Below are positions 11,127 to 20,202 of a stretch of 64,000 nucleotides of DNA, in pieces. Source of the DNA: an uncultured delta proteobacterium. Its GTDB lineage: Bacteria; Desulfobacterota; Binatia; Binatales; Binataceae. The stretch covers positions 416,001-480,000 of the forward strand of contig CAVQEQ010000001.1 in the NCBI GenBank assembly GCA_963711565.1, written 5' to 3'. How positions within the stretch are numbered: the first letter of the stretch is position 1; each line of letters opens with the position of its first letter. The position numbers and the translations under genes were made by a program. A model generated the notes under the pieces. The model was not told where the DNA came from and ran no database searches. It worked only from the letters and a program-made list of their open reading frames with translations.

Positions 11127-12209
11127 TCACGCGGCGGTGGCGGGATCGAGGCGGTCGCGCAGATGGTCGCCTAGAAAATTGAAGGACATTACGGCGAGGA
11201 AAATGAAGATGCCGGGGATCAGTATCCACGGGTAGCGGGCGAGGTTCTGGACGTCCTGCGCTTGCGCCAGCAGGTTGCCCCAGCTTGCGGCCGGTTCCTG
11301 GATGCCGAGGCCGAGCAGCGACAACGCGCTTTCGCCGAGGATGAAGCCCGGGATCGACAGCGTGGCGGCGACGATCGCGTAGCCCATCACCGACGGGATG
11401 ATGTGGCGCGTGATGATGCGCCATCGCGACGCGCCCAGCGCGCGCGCCGCCTCGACGTACGGCCGCGAGCGCACCGATGAGGCCATCCCGCGGATGATTC
11501 GCGCGAAGCCGGCCCAGCTGATGAAGCTCATGATCGCCACGATCATGAAAAACGTCGTGACCGTGCTCAAGCCCGACGGAATCACCGCCGCCAGCGCGAG
11601 CAGAAAATAAAAGGACGGCAGCGACATCTCGATTTCGGACCATCTCATGATCAGGAAATCGACCGTCCCGCCGAGGTAGCCCGACAGCGCGCCGATCGTG
11701 ATGCCGAGCGAGAAGGTGATCAGCACGCCGATCAAGCCGACGCACATGCTCACCCGCGAGCCGTACACGATGCGCGAGTAGAGGTCGCGCCCGAGGCCGT
11801 CGCTGCCGAGCATGAAGTACGGCTCGCTCTCGCTGTCGGTGGTGAACAGGTGGCCGTGCGAGAACAGGTGGATGTCGAGCCGTTGAGAAGTGTCGGCAGC
11901 GAACGTGCGCGCGGTCGCGTCCTGCATGTGCATCGGATGGCTGTAGAAGATCGAGCGCGACCATTCGGACGGCGCGCTCAGGTGCAGCGACATCGGCGGG
12001 CAATCGGGCATCTCGCGGTTCTGATAAGCCGGATCGTAGCTCGCGAAGAACGGCGACGCCGCGGCGAGCAGGTAGAATAGCGCCAGGCAGAACGCGGAAA
12101 AGCGGACCGTCCACGATGCGAGGCGCCACTCGCGCGCCACGCTCGCGCTCTTTCGCGCGGACACCGCGGCGGCCTGGAGATTCGCCGGCATCGTGGCTTC
12201 GGCGTTCAT
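11127..12209 (-). CDS. Oligopeptide ABC transporter permease (OppC-like)
   Basis: LGSDGLGRDLYSRIVYG, EAA loop YVEAARALGAS, GDHLRDRLDP. Confidence 0.93.
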   Translation of the reverse strand: MNAEATMPANLQAAAVSARKSASVAREWRLASWTVRFSAFCLALFYLLAAASPFFASYDPAYQNREMPDCPPMSLHLSAPSEWSRSIFYSHPMHMQDATARTFAADTSQRLDIHLFSHGHLFTTDSESEPYFMLGSDGLGRDLYSRIVYGSRVSMCVGLIGVLITFSLGITIGALSGYLGGTVDFLIMRWSEIEMSLPSFYFLLALAAVIPSGLSTVTTFFMIVAIMSFISWAGFARIIRGMASSVRSRPYVEAARALGASRWRIITRHIIPSVMGYAIVAATLSIPGFILGESALSLLGLGIQEPAASWGNLLAQAQDVQNLARYPWILIPGIFIFLAVMSFNFLGDHLRDRLDPATAA

Positions 12210-12210
12210 C

Positions 12211-13191
12211 TCACTCGGCCGCCACCGACGAAAAATCGACCCGCGGATCGACCGCGACCAGCGCGATGTCGGCGATCAGGTTGCCGACCAGCAACAGGAT
12301 CGTGCCCATCAGCACCGAGCCCATCACGAGGTAGATGTCGAGCGAGCGCACTGCGTCGAGCATCAGCAGGCCGAGCCCTTGCAGGTTCATTACGGCCTCG
12401 ACCAAGGCGGCGCCGCCGAGCAGGTCGCCCAGCGAATATCCCGCCATCGTGACGAACGGATTCATCGCGTTGCGCAGCACGTGCTTGTAGATGACGACGC
12501 GCTCGGACAGTCCCTTGGCGCGCGCCGTCCGCACGAATTCAGAATTTTTGATTTCGAGAATTTGTGAGCGCATCAGGCGCATCAGGCCCGCGGTGCCGGA
12601 GATGCCGAGCACGAAAACCGGCAGGATGAGATGGTTGATGCGATCGGCAACCTGGTTCAGGGGACTGAGCGTCGCGTAGTCGGGCGAGTAGGTGCCGCCA
12701 ATCGGGAACCATCCGGTTTTGAGCGCGAGGTACATCATGAGGAAGGCGAGAAAAAAGCTCGGCACCGACATCCCGAAGAACGCCATGAACGAAAGGAAGC
12801 GATCCCAGATCGAGTTCTGATTCACGGCGACGATGATGCCGATCGGAATCGCGATCACCCATGAGAGAAGCATGCTGCTCGCCGCCAGGATGATCGTGTT
12901 GAAGGCGCGCGACGCGATCAGGCCGGTGACGCTCACGCGGTACTGGAGCGAGAAACCAAAATTCAGGTGCAGAACGCCCCACAGCCACTTGAAGTAGCGC
13001 ACCATCAACGGTTGATCGAGGCCGAACTGCGCCTCGAGCTGATGAATCACTTCGGGCGTAATGGTCGGGTTGAGCTTGAGATTCGAGACGAAGTCGCCCG
13101 GCACCAGCGACATCGCGAGAAACGAAATGAAGGTGATCCCGAGGATGAGCGGGATCATGTTGAGCAGGCGACGGATCAGAAAGCGGGTCAT
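12211..13191 (-). CDS. Oligopeptide ABC transporter permease (OppB-like)
   Basis: MTRFLIRRL, FGLDQPL, RTARAKGL, HVLRNA, DPRV. Confidence 0.94.
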   Translation of the reverse strand: MTRFLIRRLLNMIPLILGITFISFLAMSLVPGDFVSNLKLNPTITPEVIHQLEAQFGLDQPLMVRYFKWLWGVLHLNFGFSLQYRVSVTGLIASRAFNTIILAASSMLLSWVIAIPIGIIVAVNQNSIWDRFLSFMAFFGMSVPSFFLAFLMMYLALKTGWFPIGGTYSPDYATLSPLNQVADRINHLILPVFVLGISGTAGLMRLMRSQILEIKNSEFVRTARAKGLSERVVIYKHVLRNAMNPFVTMAGYSLGDLLGGAALVEAVMNLQGLGLLMLDAVRSLDIYLVMGSVLMGTILLLVGNLIADIALVAVDPRVDFSSVAAE

Positions 13192-13236
13192 CGTGTCATC
13201 GGCCTGATATTTCGACGTGCGCGCCGCGCCGGATGT

Positions 13237-14964
13237 TCAGTCGGCCTTGAATTCCATCCACTCCGATTTGTACAGGCCCCACACCTTGGGTTGATAGTAT
13301 TCGAGCGAGTTTTTCCACGACGCATAGCGCTGCTGGCGCACCGTTTCGAGTATCGGCAGCTGGTCGTGCAGGATTTGCTGGATTTTCCAGTAGTACGGCG
13401 GGCGCTTGGTGATATCCATCTCGGACGCGCCCTCGTCCAGCAGCGTGTCGATCTCCGCCTCCCACGGCGTGGCGGGCGTGGGCTGATTCGGATCCCAGAT
13501 ATGCAGGTTGCCCGACGAGCGATAAAAGTTCTGGCCGTCGTTCGGCTCGATGCCGCCGGTGAATCCGATCAGCACGCAATCCCAGTCGAACGACGAATCG
13601 AGCTTGTCGACCAGCGTCGTGAACTCGAGCGGCCGATAGTTCACCTTGATGCCGAGGCTCTCGACGTCCTGCTTGAAGATGGTGCACATCTGGTCGCGCT
13701 CGGGCGAGCCGGTGTTGGTAGTGAGATCGAATTCGAGCCGATTGCCTTTCGGATCGGTTCGCACGCCCGGTTTGACGAGATGATAGCCGGCCGCCTCGAG
13801 CATGTCCGCAGCCAGTTTCGGATCGTAGTCGTAATCCTTGAGATCCGGATTGTAGAAGATTTTGTTCTCGGGCGAGATATCCGAGACGGCGGACTCCGCG
13901 AGCTGGTGAAAGACCAGCTCGATGATCGATTTCTTGTCGATCATGTGCGCCATCGCCTGCAGGAACTTCAGATCGGTGAACCAGTTGAGTTTCGGATTGG
14001 TCACACCGTTTTTGACGAAGTGGCGCGGGTTGCGATTGAAGCTGAAGAACAGCGAGCCGGTGTCGATACCAATTTTATCGACCGTGATGTCGAGTTCGTG
14101 GTTCTTCACCTTGTCCTGCAGCGGCGAAACCTCCTCGGTGCGCGGACCGTATACGTCGATCTGCCCCGACAGGTAGCGCAGGTAGGCGGCGTTCTGATCC
14201 TGCACGACCGTCACGCTCTTCCCGTGCAGGCGCGGCAACTGGCCGCCATGCTCGTCCTTCATCCAATAGTCGTCGTTGCGATCGTAGTTGACCACCTGGC
14301 TCTGCGCGTAACGCATCATCTTGTACGCGCCGTCGCCGATGATTTTCTCCGGCGGAGTGTCGATGCCCCAGGTATGATTGAAGTTTCCGGCCTTCCACAC
14401 CGGTTCGAGAATGTGCGCCGGCATCACCTGGATGCCGAGCGAATAGAGCAGCGGCGCGAACGGCTTGGGCAGGTGCATGACGACGGTGTAATCGTCGGGC
14501 GCCTCGGCTGCGATGCGCTGATGGTCGATAGTGATCGCGGGACGGATGCTGTTCGGCACTTTCGGATCGTAGATGACGTCGAGCGTGAACAGGACGTCGT
14601 GCGCTGTCACCGGCTGGCCGTCAAACCATTTCGCGTCGTGACGGAGATGAAACGTGATCGATTTGTTGTCGGGCGCGATCTCCCATTTCTCGGCCAGCCC
14701 GGCCTCCGGCAACGTCGTGACGGGGTTGATGCGGAGCAGGCTCTCGAACAAATCGCCGGTGAGCTCGCCCGAGGTCGCGTCGGTGATCAGAATCGGATTG
14801 AAGGTGCGCGGATCGCTGGCGACGGCAGTGTACAGGATTTGATTCTTCGCGTGATCGCTGTCGGGCCGGCTCACGTGGCATCCGGCGAGAATCGCGAGCG
14901 CCGACAGAGCGATCGCGCTGGTGATCGTCCGTAAAATCCGGTTGCTCGGGCTTTTAGCTTTCAT
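13237..14964 (-). CDS. ABC transporter substrate-binding lipoprotein, family 5 (OppA-like)
   Basis: Lipobox LAGC, DPRTFNP, FHLRHDAKWFDGQPVTAHDV. Start uncertain (14964-14988). Confidence 0.92.
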   Translation of the reverse strand: MKAKSPSNRILRTITSAIALSALAILAGCHVSRPDSDHAKNQILYTAVASDPRTFNPILITDATSGELTGDLFESLLRINPVTTLPEAGLAEKWEIAPDNKSITFHLRHDAKWFDGQPVTAHDVLFTLDVIYDPKVPNSIRPAITIDHQRIAAEAPDDYTVVMHLPKPFAPLLYSLGIQVMPAHILEPVWKAGNFNHTWGIDTPPEKIIGDGAYKMMRYAQSQVVNYDRNDDYWMKDEHGGQLPRLHGKSVTVVQDQNAAYLRYLSGQIDVYGPRTEEVSPLQDKVKNHELDITVDKIGIDTGSLFFSFNRNPRHFVKNGVTNPKLNWFTDLKFLQAMAHMIDKKSIIELVFHQLAESAVSDISPENKIFYNPDLKDYDYDPKLAADMLEAAGYHLVKPGVRTDPKGNRLEFDLTTNTGSPERDQMCTIFKQDVESLGIKVNYRPLEFTTLVDKLDSSFDWDCVLIGFTGGIEPNDGQNFYRSSGNLHIWDPNQPTPATPWEAEIDTLLDEGASEMDITKRPPYYWKIQQILHDQLPILETVRQQRYASWKNSLEYYQPKVWGLYKSEWMEFKAD

Positions 14965-15844
14965 TCGGGAACGCGCCGCCATCGTCAAGGCTCAAGTTCA
15001 TCAGAGTGGCTCCTGGAGCCGGCGTCAACACAAACGTCGAATCGGGGATGACTCCATTGACGATCGGCCGGAGATAGCGAAACGTGACGTGGCTGCCGGC
15101 CGCAGGAAAGCTCGCATCGACGACGTACGGAAACATCACTCCGCCGATATCGTGATAGTCGCTGTATCGCACCTCGTACTTGACGCTGCCGTCGCTGCCG
15201 GTATCCCGCACCATCGCGAGGTTGCCGTCGGTAAATCCAAGCGCGCGAGTCCCCGACGCGGCGTCGCCGAACGACGCGACCAGCATGGCGCCGTCAGTCG
15301 AAACCGAAGCCGCGGTGCCATTGAGGACGAACTCGGGCGGCGCGAGTCCCATCAGCAGGCCCACCGCGTCCGTCGGCGCCATCGGGATTCGCACGTATCG
15401 ATAAAGCGTGTCGGCGTTCGCCTGTCCGCGCATGAAGCGATTCTGACCCGGCTCGAAGATCGCCAGGTCCGAGCCTTGCGCCGCGAGCAGCAAGGCGACG
15501 CCGAACGGCGACATCGCCTCGACGCGCAAATTGCCGGGCCGCTTGGCGACGATATCCTCTTTCGCCTTCACATGCTGCGCGCCAGCCGTGTATTCCATCA
15601 CCGCCGGAGTCTGCACGCAGGCGAGCCTGCGGTCACGTTCCGCAAGCGCCTCGATCATCTTCTCGGCCTGATATTTGTTCTCGCTCCAGCCCGGAATTGG
15701 CGTCGGGGCCTCCGGCACGGCCGGCGTGTGTATGATTATGCAGGCGGAAGTCTCGATCATCACCGGCAGCAGCATCGATGCGACCGCCGCGAGCCAGAAT
15801 GTTTTTCGGCGCCGACTGCGTTCAGTGGCCCGCGCTGGCGGCAT
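14954..15844 (-). CDS. LolA/LolB-like fold envelope protein (DUF4292-like)
   Basis: Signal or lipoprotein-like N-terminus. KRPGNLRVEAMSPFG and YSDYHDIGGVMFPY beta-strand patterns. Follows a large TPR lipoprotein gene, as lolB does in other bacteria. Confidence 0.6.
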   Translation of the reverse strand: MPPARATERSRRRKTFWLAAVASMLLPVMIETSACIIIHTPAVPEAPTPIPGWSENKYQAEKMIEALAERDRRLACVQTPAVMEYTAGAQHVKAKEDIVAKRPGNLRVEAMSPFGVALLLAAQGSDLAIFEPGQNRFMRGQANADTLYRYVRIPMAPTDAVGLLMGLAPPEFVLNGTAASVSTDGAMLVASFGDAASGTRALGFTDGNLAMVRDTGSDGSVKYEVRYSDYHDIGGVMFPYVVDASFPAAGSHVTFRYLRPIVNGVIPDSTFVLTPAPGATLMNLSLDDGGAFPNES

Positions 15845-17591
15845 TCTGCAGGACCTGGATTTTATCCTTGAGGCGGGCGACCTGGTCGGTTTCCTGCGAC
15901 TTCTTCAGCGCGTCGTTGTATTCGTTGCTCGCTTCCTTGGTTTTGCCCAGCTTGCGATACGCGTCGCCAAGATGCTCGGTGATCGTGGGATCGCTGCCGG
16001 TCAGGTTGACCGCTTTCTCCAACTGCTCGACCGCCTTCTGGTAGTCGCCCTTCTGATAGTAAACCCAGCCGAGGCTGTCGACGTAAAATCCGTCTTCGGG
16101 TTCGATATCGAGCGCGCGCTTGATCAGCTTTTCGGCCTCGGCCAGGTTGGTGCCCTGCTCCGCGTAACTGTAGCCGAGGTAGTTCAGCGCCTGCGCGTTG
16201 GCGGGATTCAGCTCGATCGCTTTCTTCATCTCGGCCATGCCTTCGTCGCGCTGCTTGTTCTGATCGAGCGCCGCGCCGAGCGTGAAGTGGAACTTGTCAT
16301 TCTTGGGATCGGCCGCGACCATCTTGCGCGCCAGCTCGATCGCCGCCGGGTAATCCTTCTTTTCCTGGTACACGCCGACCATGAAGCCGGTGATCTCGGG
16401 GTCGTCGGGCTTCTTGGCGAGCGCGTCCTTCAGCGCGCCCAGCGCCTGGTCGTACTTGTTGTCCTTGTCGTACAGGTACGCGAGCTGCAGGCGCGATTCG
16501 ACGTAATGTTCGTTGTCGGCGGGAATCTTGTTGAACTCCGCGATCGCCTTGTCGTTCTCGGAAAGCTCGGAGTACACCGAGCCCAGGTAGTAGTGGACGC
16601 GGTAGTTGTCCGGCTCTGAGCCGAGCACCAGGTTGAACTCGGTCGCCGCGTCGTCAAAATTGTTCTGCTCGACGTACAGCAGCCCGATCTTGGTGCGCGT
16701 GTCCGCGGGATTGGTCTCGACCTGCTCGGCGCGTTTCAGCTCGTCGAGCGCCTCGTTGTATTTCTTCTGACCGACGAGGATCTCCGCCTTGCGCTTTCGC
16801 ACCAGCTCGTTGTTCGGATTGATTTGCGTGATCTTGTTGTAATAAACCAGCGCGTCCTGCGGGCGGTCCTGCCGCTCGCGCAACAGCGCGAAATCAAGCA
16901 GCACCAGCTCCGACGTAGGATTAAGGTCGAGCGCCTTCTGAAAATATTTTTCGGCGGCCGGGTAATTCTTCGAGGCCACCATCACCTTGCCGGCGTAGTA
17001 GTAGCCAAGGAATGAATCCGGATCGAGCGTGATCAGATCCTTGAAGGTCTTCTCGGCCGCGTCGTAGTCGCCGCGCTTGGCGTAAAGCGTGCCGAGGTAC
17101 AAATACGCTTCCTGGTTTTTCGGATTGAGGCGCAGCACCTCGCGGTAATCTTTCTCCGCGGTCGGGTCGTCGCCGAGCGCCGAGCTGATACCCGCGCCGA
17201 GCAGCCGCGCGTCCGCCGAGTCCGGATCGATCGCCAGCGCCTGGTTTATCTCCACCAGCGCGTCCTTGAGACGCCCGTCGCGGACGTAGAGAGTGGCGAG
17301 GCGAACCTTCAGCGCCGCGTTGTTGGGATCGTACTGGACCGCATCCGCGTAGTCCTTGAGCGCCTCTTCGCGGTCGCCATCGTTCATAGCGACTTCGGCC
17401 CTCAGGAACGCGCTCATCGCCCGCGCATCGGACGGCACGTCCACCGCCGGCGCGCCGCCGAACGGATTATCCTCGCCGACGCTGGCGCTGCGGAGCAGCT
17501 CGGGCTTCGCACTCGTGATTTGAGTGCAGCCCAGAAACGCGATCGACGCGGCGCCGATCGCGATAATCGCGCGTGTGCTGAAACCTATCAT
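15822..17591 (-). CDS. Large TPR-repeat lipoprotein
   Basis: Lipobox FLGC, many TPR units, C-terminal ALNYLGYSYA...DSLGWVYY...EHLGD. Confidence 0.92.
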   Translation of the reverse strand: MIGFSTRAIIAIGAASIAFLGCTQITSAKPELLRSASVGEDNPFGGAPAVDVPSDARAMSAFLRAEVAMNDGDREEALKDYADAVQYDPNNAALKVRLATLYVRDGRLKDALVEINQALAIDPDSADARLLGAGISSALGDDPTAEKDYREVLRLNPKNQEAYLYLGTLYAKRGDYDAAEKTFKDLITLDPDSFLGYYYAGKVMVASKNYPAAEKYFQKALDLNPTSELVLLDFALLRERQDRPQDALVYYNKITQINPNNELVRKRKAEILVGQKKYNEALDELKRAEQVETNPADTRTKIGLLYVEQNNFDDAATEFNLVLGSEPDNYRVHYYLGSVYSELSENDKAIAEFNKIPADNEHYVESRLQLAYLYDKDNKYDQALGALKDALAKKPDDPEITGFMVGVYQEKKDYPAAIELARKMVAADPKNDKFHFTLGAALDQNKQRDEGMAEMKKAIELNPANAQALNYLGYSYAEQGTNLAEAEKLIKRALDIEPEDGFYVDSLGWVYYQKGDYQKAVEQLEKAVNLTGSDPTITEHLGDAYRKLGKTKEASNEYNDALKKSQETDQVARLKDKIQVLQNAASAGH

Positions 17592-17761
17592 TGCCAAAAC
17601 AAATTCCCGGGAGAGCTTCTCAATTACCCTAACACCACGCTCTTCGATCTAATACGCGAGGTGTGCCGCGACGTTACATCCGCCCGCGGACCTTTGCGCA
17701 CCCTTTACATTATAAGAAATCCGCCATCAGATGCGACCGTGCAACCCCCTTTTGATAGCCC

Positions 17762-19222
17762 ATGGTCGATCTGTTGCCTGCTTGCCACCGCGCATCGCCT
17801 CGGCTAGGCAGGGGAGCCGGAGCCGCCCCGCAATTGCCGCACGTCACCGAGGAAGATAACGCCGCCCAGCTCGCGCGCACCCTTCGCACGCCGCGCAAGC
17901 TCGGCCTGATCCCGCTCGTCTGCGTGATGTACCTCGTCGTCAGCGGCGGCGCCTACGGCCTCGAAGACGCTGTCCGGATGGCGGGGCCGCGCCTGACGCT
18001 CCTGCTGTGCCTTCTGGTGCCGCTCACGCTCAGCCTGCCGACGGCCCTGATGGCGGCGGAGCTGACCGCGCTGATGCCGGTGGAGGGCGGCTTCTATTTC
18101 TGGGTCAAGGAAGCGCTCGGCCCGTTCGCCGGTTTCGCCGAGGCGTACCTGACAATTCTTTACACTGCCGTCAACATGGCGATTTATCCGGTGCTGTTCG
18201 CCGGCTATCTTTCGTTCATCCTGCCGCTCGGCCCGGCGGCCCAAATCGCGATTGGCGTCGCGCTGGTATGGATGGCGGGCGGACTTAATTTTCTCGGCGT
18301 CAGGCCGGTCGGGATGGCGTCGATCGTGCTCGCCGCGATCCTCGTCTCGCCGTTCGCCGTGCTGGTGATTATCGGCCTGCCTCGACTGATCCACTTCACG
18401 ATGCCGACGCCGCCGTTGTTCGGTGCGGATGCGTGGGGCGCGCTCGGAGCCGGGCTGACGGTCGTCATCTGGAATTTCGGCGGATGGGAAAACCTGAGCG
18501 TGGTGTCCGCGGAAATCGAAAATCCGCGCCGCAACTATTTGCGCGCGATTTTGATCGCGCTGCCGGTAATCGTCGCAGGCTACGTGCTCCCGCTCGCCGT
18601 CTCCGTGTCCGGCGCGACCACCGCCGCCGATTGGGGCACCGGCTCGTTCTCGCACGTGGGTTATGAAATCGGCGGCCGCGCACTCGGCGGCGCACTGGCG
18701 CTCGGCGGCGCCGTGATGTCGTTCGCGGTATTCGAGGCCGCGATGCTCTGGGTCTCGCGCATGCCGTTCGTGCTCGCGCGCGAGCGCTACCTGTCGCCGC
18801 CGCTCGCCGAGCTCTGGTCCGCGACCGCGACGCCCGGGAAGTCGATCCTGCTCTGCTGCGTCGTCTTCACGCTGCTGGTCCCGGTCGGCTTCGTCGCGCT
18901 GGTGGTGCTCAACGTCTTCTTCTACATGGCGGCGCTGGCGCTCGAACTCTTCGCCTTGATGCGCCTGCGCAAGCTGATGCCGGATCGCACCGGGATGTTC
19001 ACAATCGGCGGCGGCCGCATCGGCCTCGCACTGGTCCTGATTCTCCCAATCCTGACGTGGGCCGCAACCTTCGGTCTTGCAATCTCAGCCGGAGTCGCCA
19101 AGCGAGACTTCATCCTCGCAATCGCCCTGGGCGTATGCGTCTGGCCGGCCTACGCAATCTGCCGCCGCCGCTACGGCGGTCCCCCCGCCATCGATCCCCC
19201 GCCCACCAGCATCACCGCTTGA
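17762..19222 (+). CDS. APC family amino acid/polyamine permease
   Basis: VSGGAYGLE, EGGFYFWV, IWNFGGWE, about 12 TM segments. Start uncertain. Confidence 0.88.
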   Translation: MVDLLPACHRASPRLGRGAGAAPQLPHVTEEDNAAQLARTLRTPRKLGLIPLVCVMYLVVSGGAYGLEDAVRMAGPRLTLLLCLLVPLTLSLPTALMAAELTALMPVEGGFYFWVKEALGPFAGFAEAYLTILYTAVNMAIYPVLFAGYLSFILPLGPAAQIAIGVALVWMAGGLNFLGVRPVGMASIVLAAILVSPFAVLVIIGLPRLIHFTMPTPPLFGADAWGALGAGLTVVIWNFGGWENLSVVSAEIENPRRNYLRAILIALPVIVAGYVLPLAVSVSGATTAADWGTGSFSHVGYEIGGRALGGALALGGAVMSFAVFEAAMLWVSRMPFVLARERYLSPPLAELWSATATPGKSILLCCVVFTLLVPVGFVALVVLNVFFYMAALALELFALMRLRKLMPDRTGMFTIGGGRIGLALVLILPILTWAATFGLAISAGVAKRDFILAIALGVCVWPAYAICRRRYGGPPAIDPPPTSITA

Positions 19223-19236
19223 AGATACTTTTCAGT

Positions 19237-19448
19237 CTCCTCGCCCTGTTAGGGCGAGGATGAAGGTGAGGGTCGAAATACAGCGCGCGATGTTTTTCGC
19301 GCGCGATTCAGGATTCTTTCTCTTCTCTCTGAGTCTCGCTTCTCGTCCGCCCTACTCTGTCATCCCGAGCGAAGCCGAGGAACCCCAGATCCGGCCTCGC
19401 CCGCTCGTGGGGAGAGGCCGCCGCGCGTCCTCGTGCGGCGGGAGAGGG
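19237..19448. repeat. Cluster of palindromic repeats: two family B and one family A
   Basis: CTCCTCGCCCTGTTAGGGCGAGGATGAAGGTGAGGG (19237-19272); TGTCATCCCGAGCGAAGCCGAGGAACCC (19358-19385); CCTCGCCCGCTCGTGGGGAGAGG...GGGAGAGGG (19395-19448). Confidence 0.75.
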
Positions 19449-19559
19449 ACGTTATTTTCTGGATGGATTCCAGCGGTTCGCGTTCGCATGCGTCGCTCGA
19501 AAATGACTTCGACTGGGAGACGCAGTTCAAGTCCGACATGACGGTGACTCACGGGAGCA

Positions 19560-20117
19560 CTAGTTCGTAGAGCGATCCCAATTGTCGAACGAGGTAGGTT
19601 TATTGGACAAGGAGTTCGGGTTTGCAGTCGCTGGTATGCTCGGCGAGTTTGCCGCAGCTGGAGCGTTTGAATCCACCACATTACTCGATGGCGGAACGCT
19701 GCTAGTAGCCGCTGGCCCTTGATTCGCGCTTGTGGCTGCAACGCGAGCGGGGTATGCAACAGCCGCCGCAGTCTGAGGGGCATTTGAAGACGAAGGGGAA
19801 CCTAGGCACTGAAAGTTCTTAGTCACGATCCAACTTAGGCAGTTTCCGTAACCGCCAAATGCCTCGCACTTTCTCATTCCGCCGCCAAACGGTTCCGATC
19901 CGGTATAACCCCATGCAGCGCATCTGGAAGCAGCGAGTTCCACTCCCTGTGCATCGTCAACTTCCGGTTTCTCAAACTCCCCATATTCGTATTCTAGTTG
20001 AACGGTTCCATCGGCGCGGCTCCCGCCGGTGTCTGCCCACTGCTTCTGAGCCGCGCACCCGCTTAGATAAGCGATGCTCATCAGACTGCACAGGATCGTC
20101 GCTACAGTAGATTTCAA
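19560..20117 (-). CDS. YecR-like lipoprotein with low-complexity C-terminal tail
   Basis: Lipobox LSGC, GGSRADGTVQL, RCAAWGY..SEPFGG, terminal FQC. Visibly more AT-rich than its neighbours. Confidence 0.8.
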   Translation of the reverse strand: MKSTVATILCSLMSIAYLSGCAAQKQWADTGGSRADGTVQLEYEYGEFEKPEVDDAQGVELAASRCAAWGYTGSEPFGGGMRKCEAFGGYGNCLSWIVTKNFQCLGSPSSSNAPQTAAAVAYPARVAATSANQGPAATSSVPPSSNVVDSNAPAAANSPSIPATANPNSLSNKPTSFDNWDRSTN

Positions 20118-20202
20118 GTTAACCCCCTGTTGACTGGCTGCGGCACGATATAACGCGACACAGCGATTATCAACGCCCCTGTCGTGCCTATTCCGCCGCT
20201 AA

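Noticed and set aside
12967-14934. Long antisense ORFs (also 33719-35401, 55694-57310, 10015-11235)
   Set aside because: They mirror well-supported genes, have no motifs of their own, and are expected in high-GC DNA.
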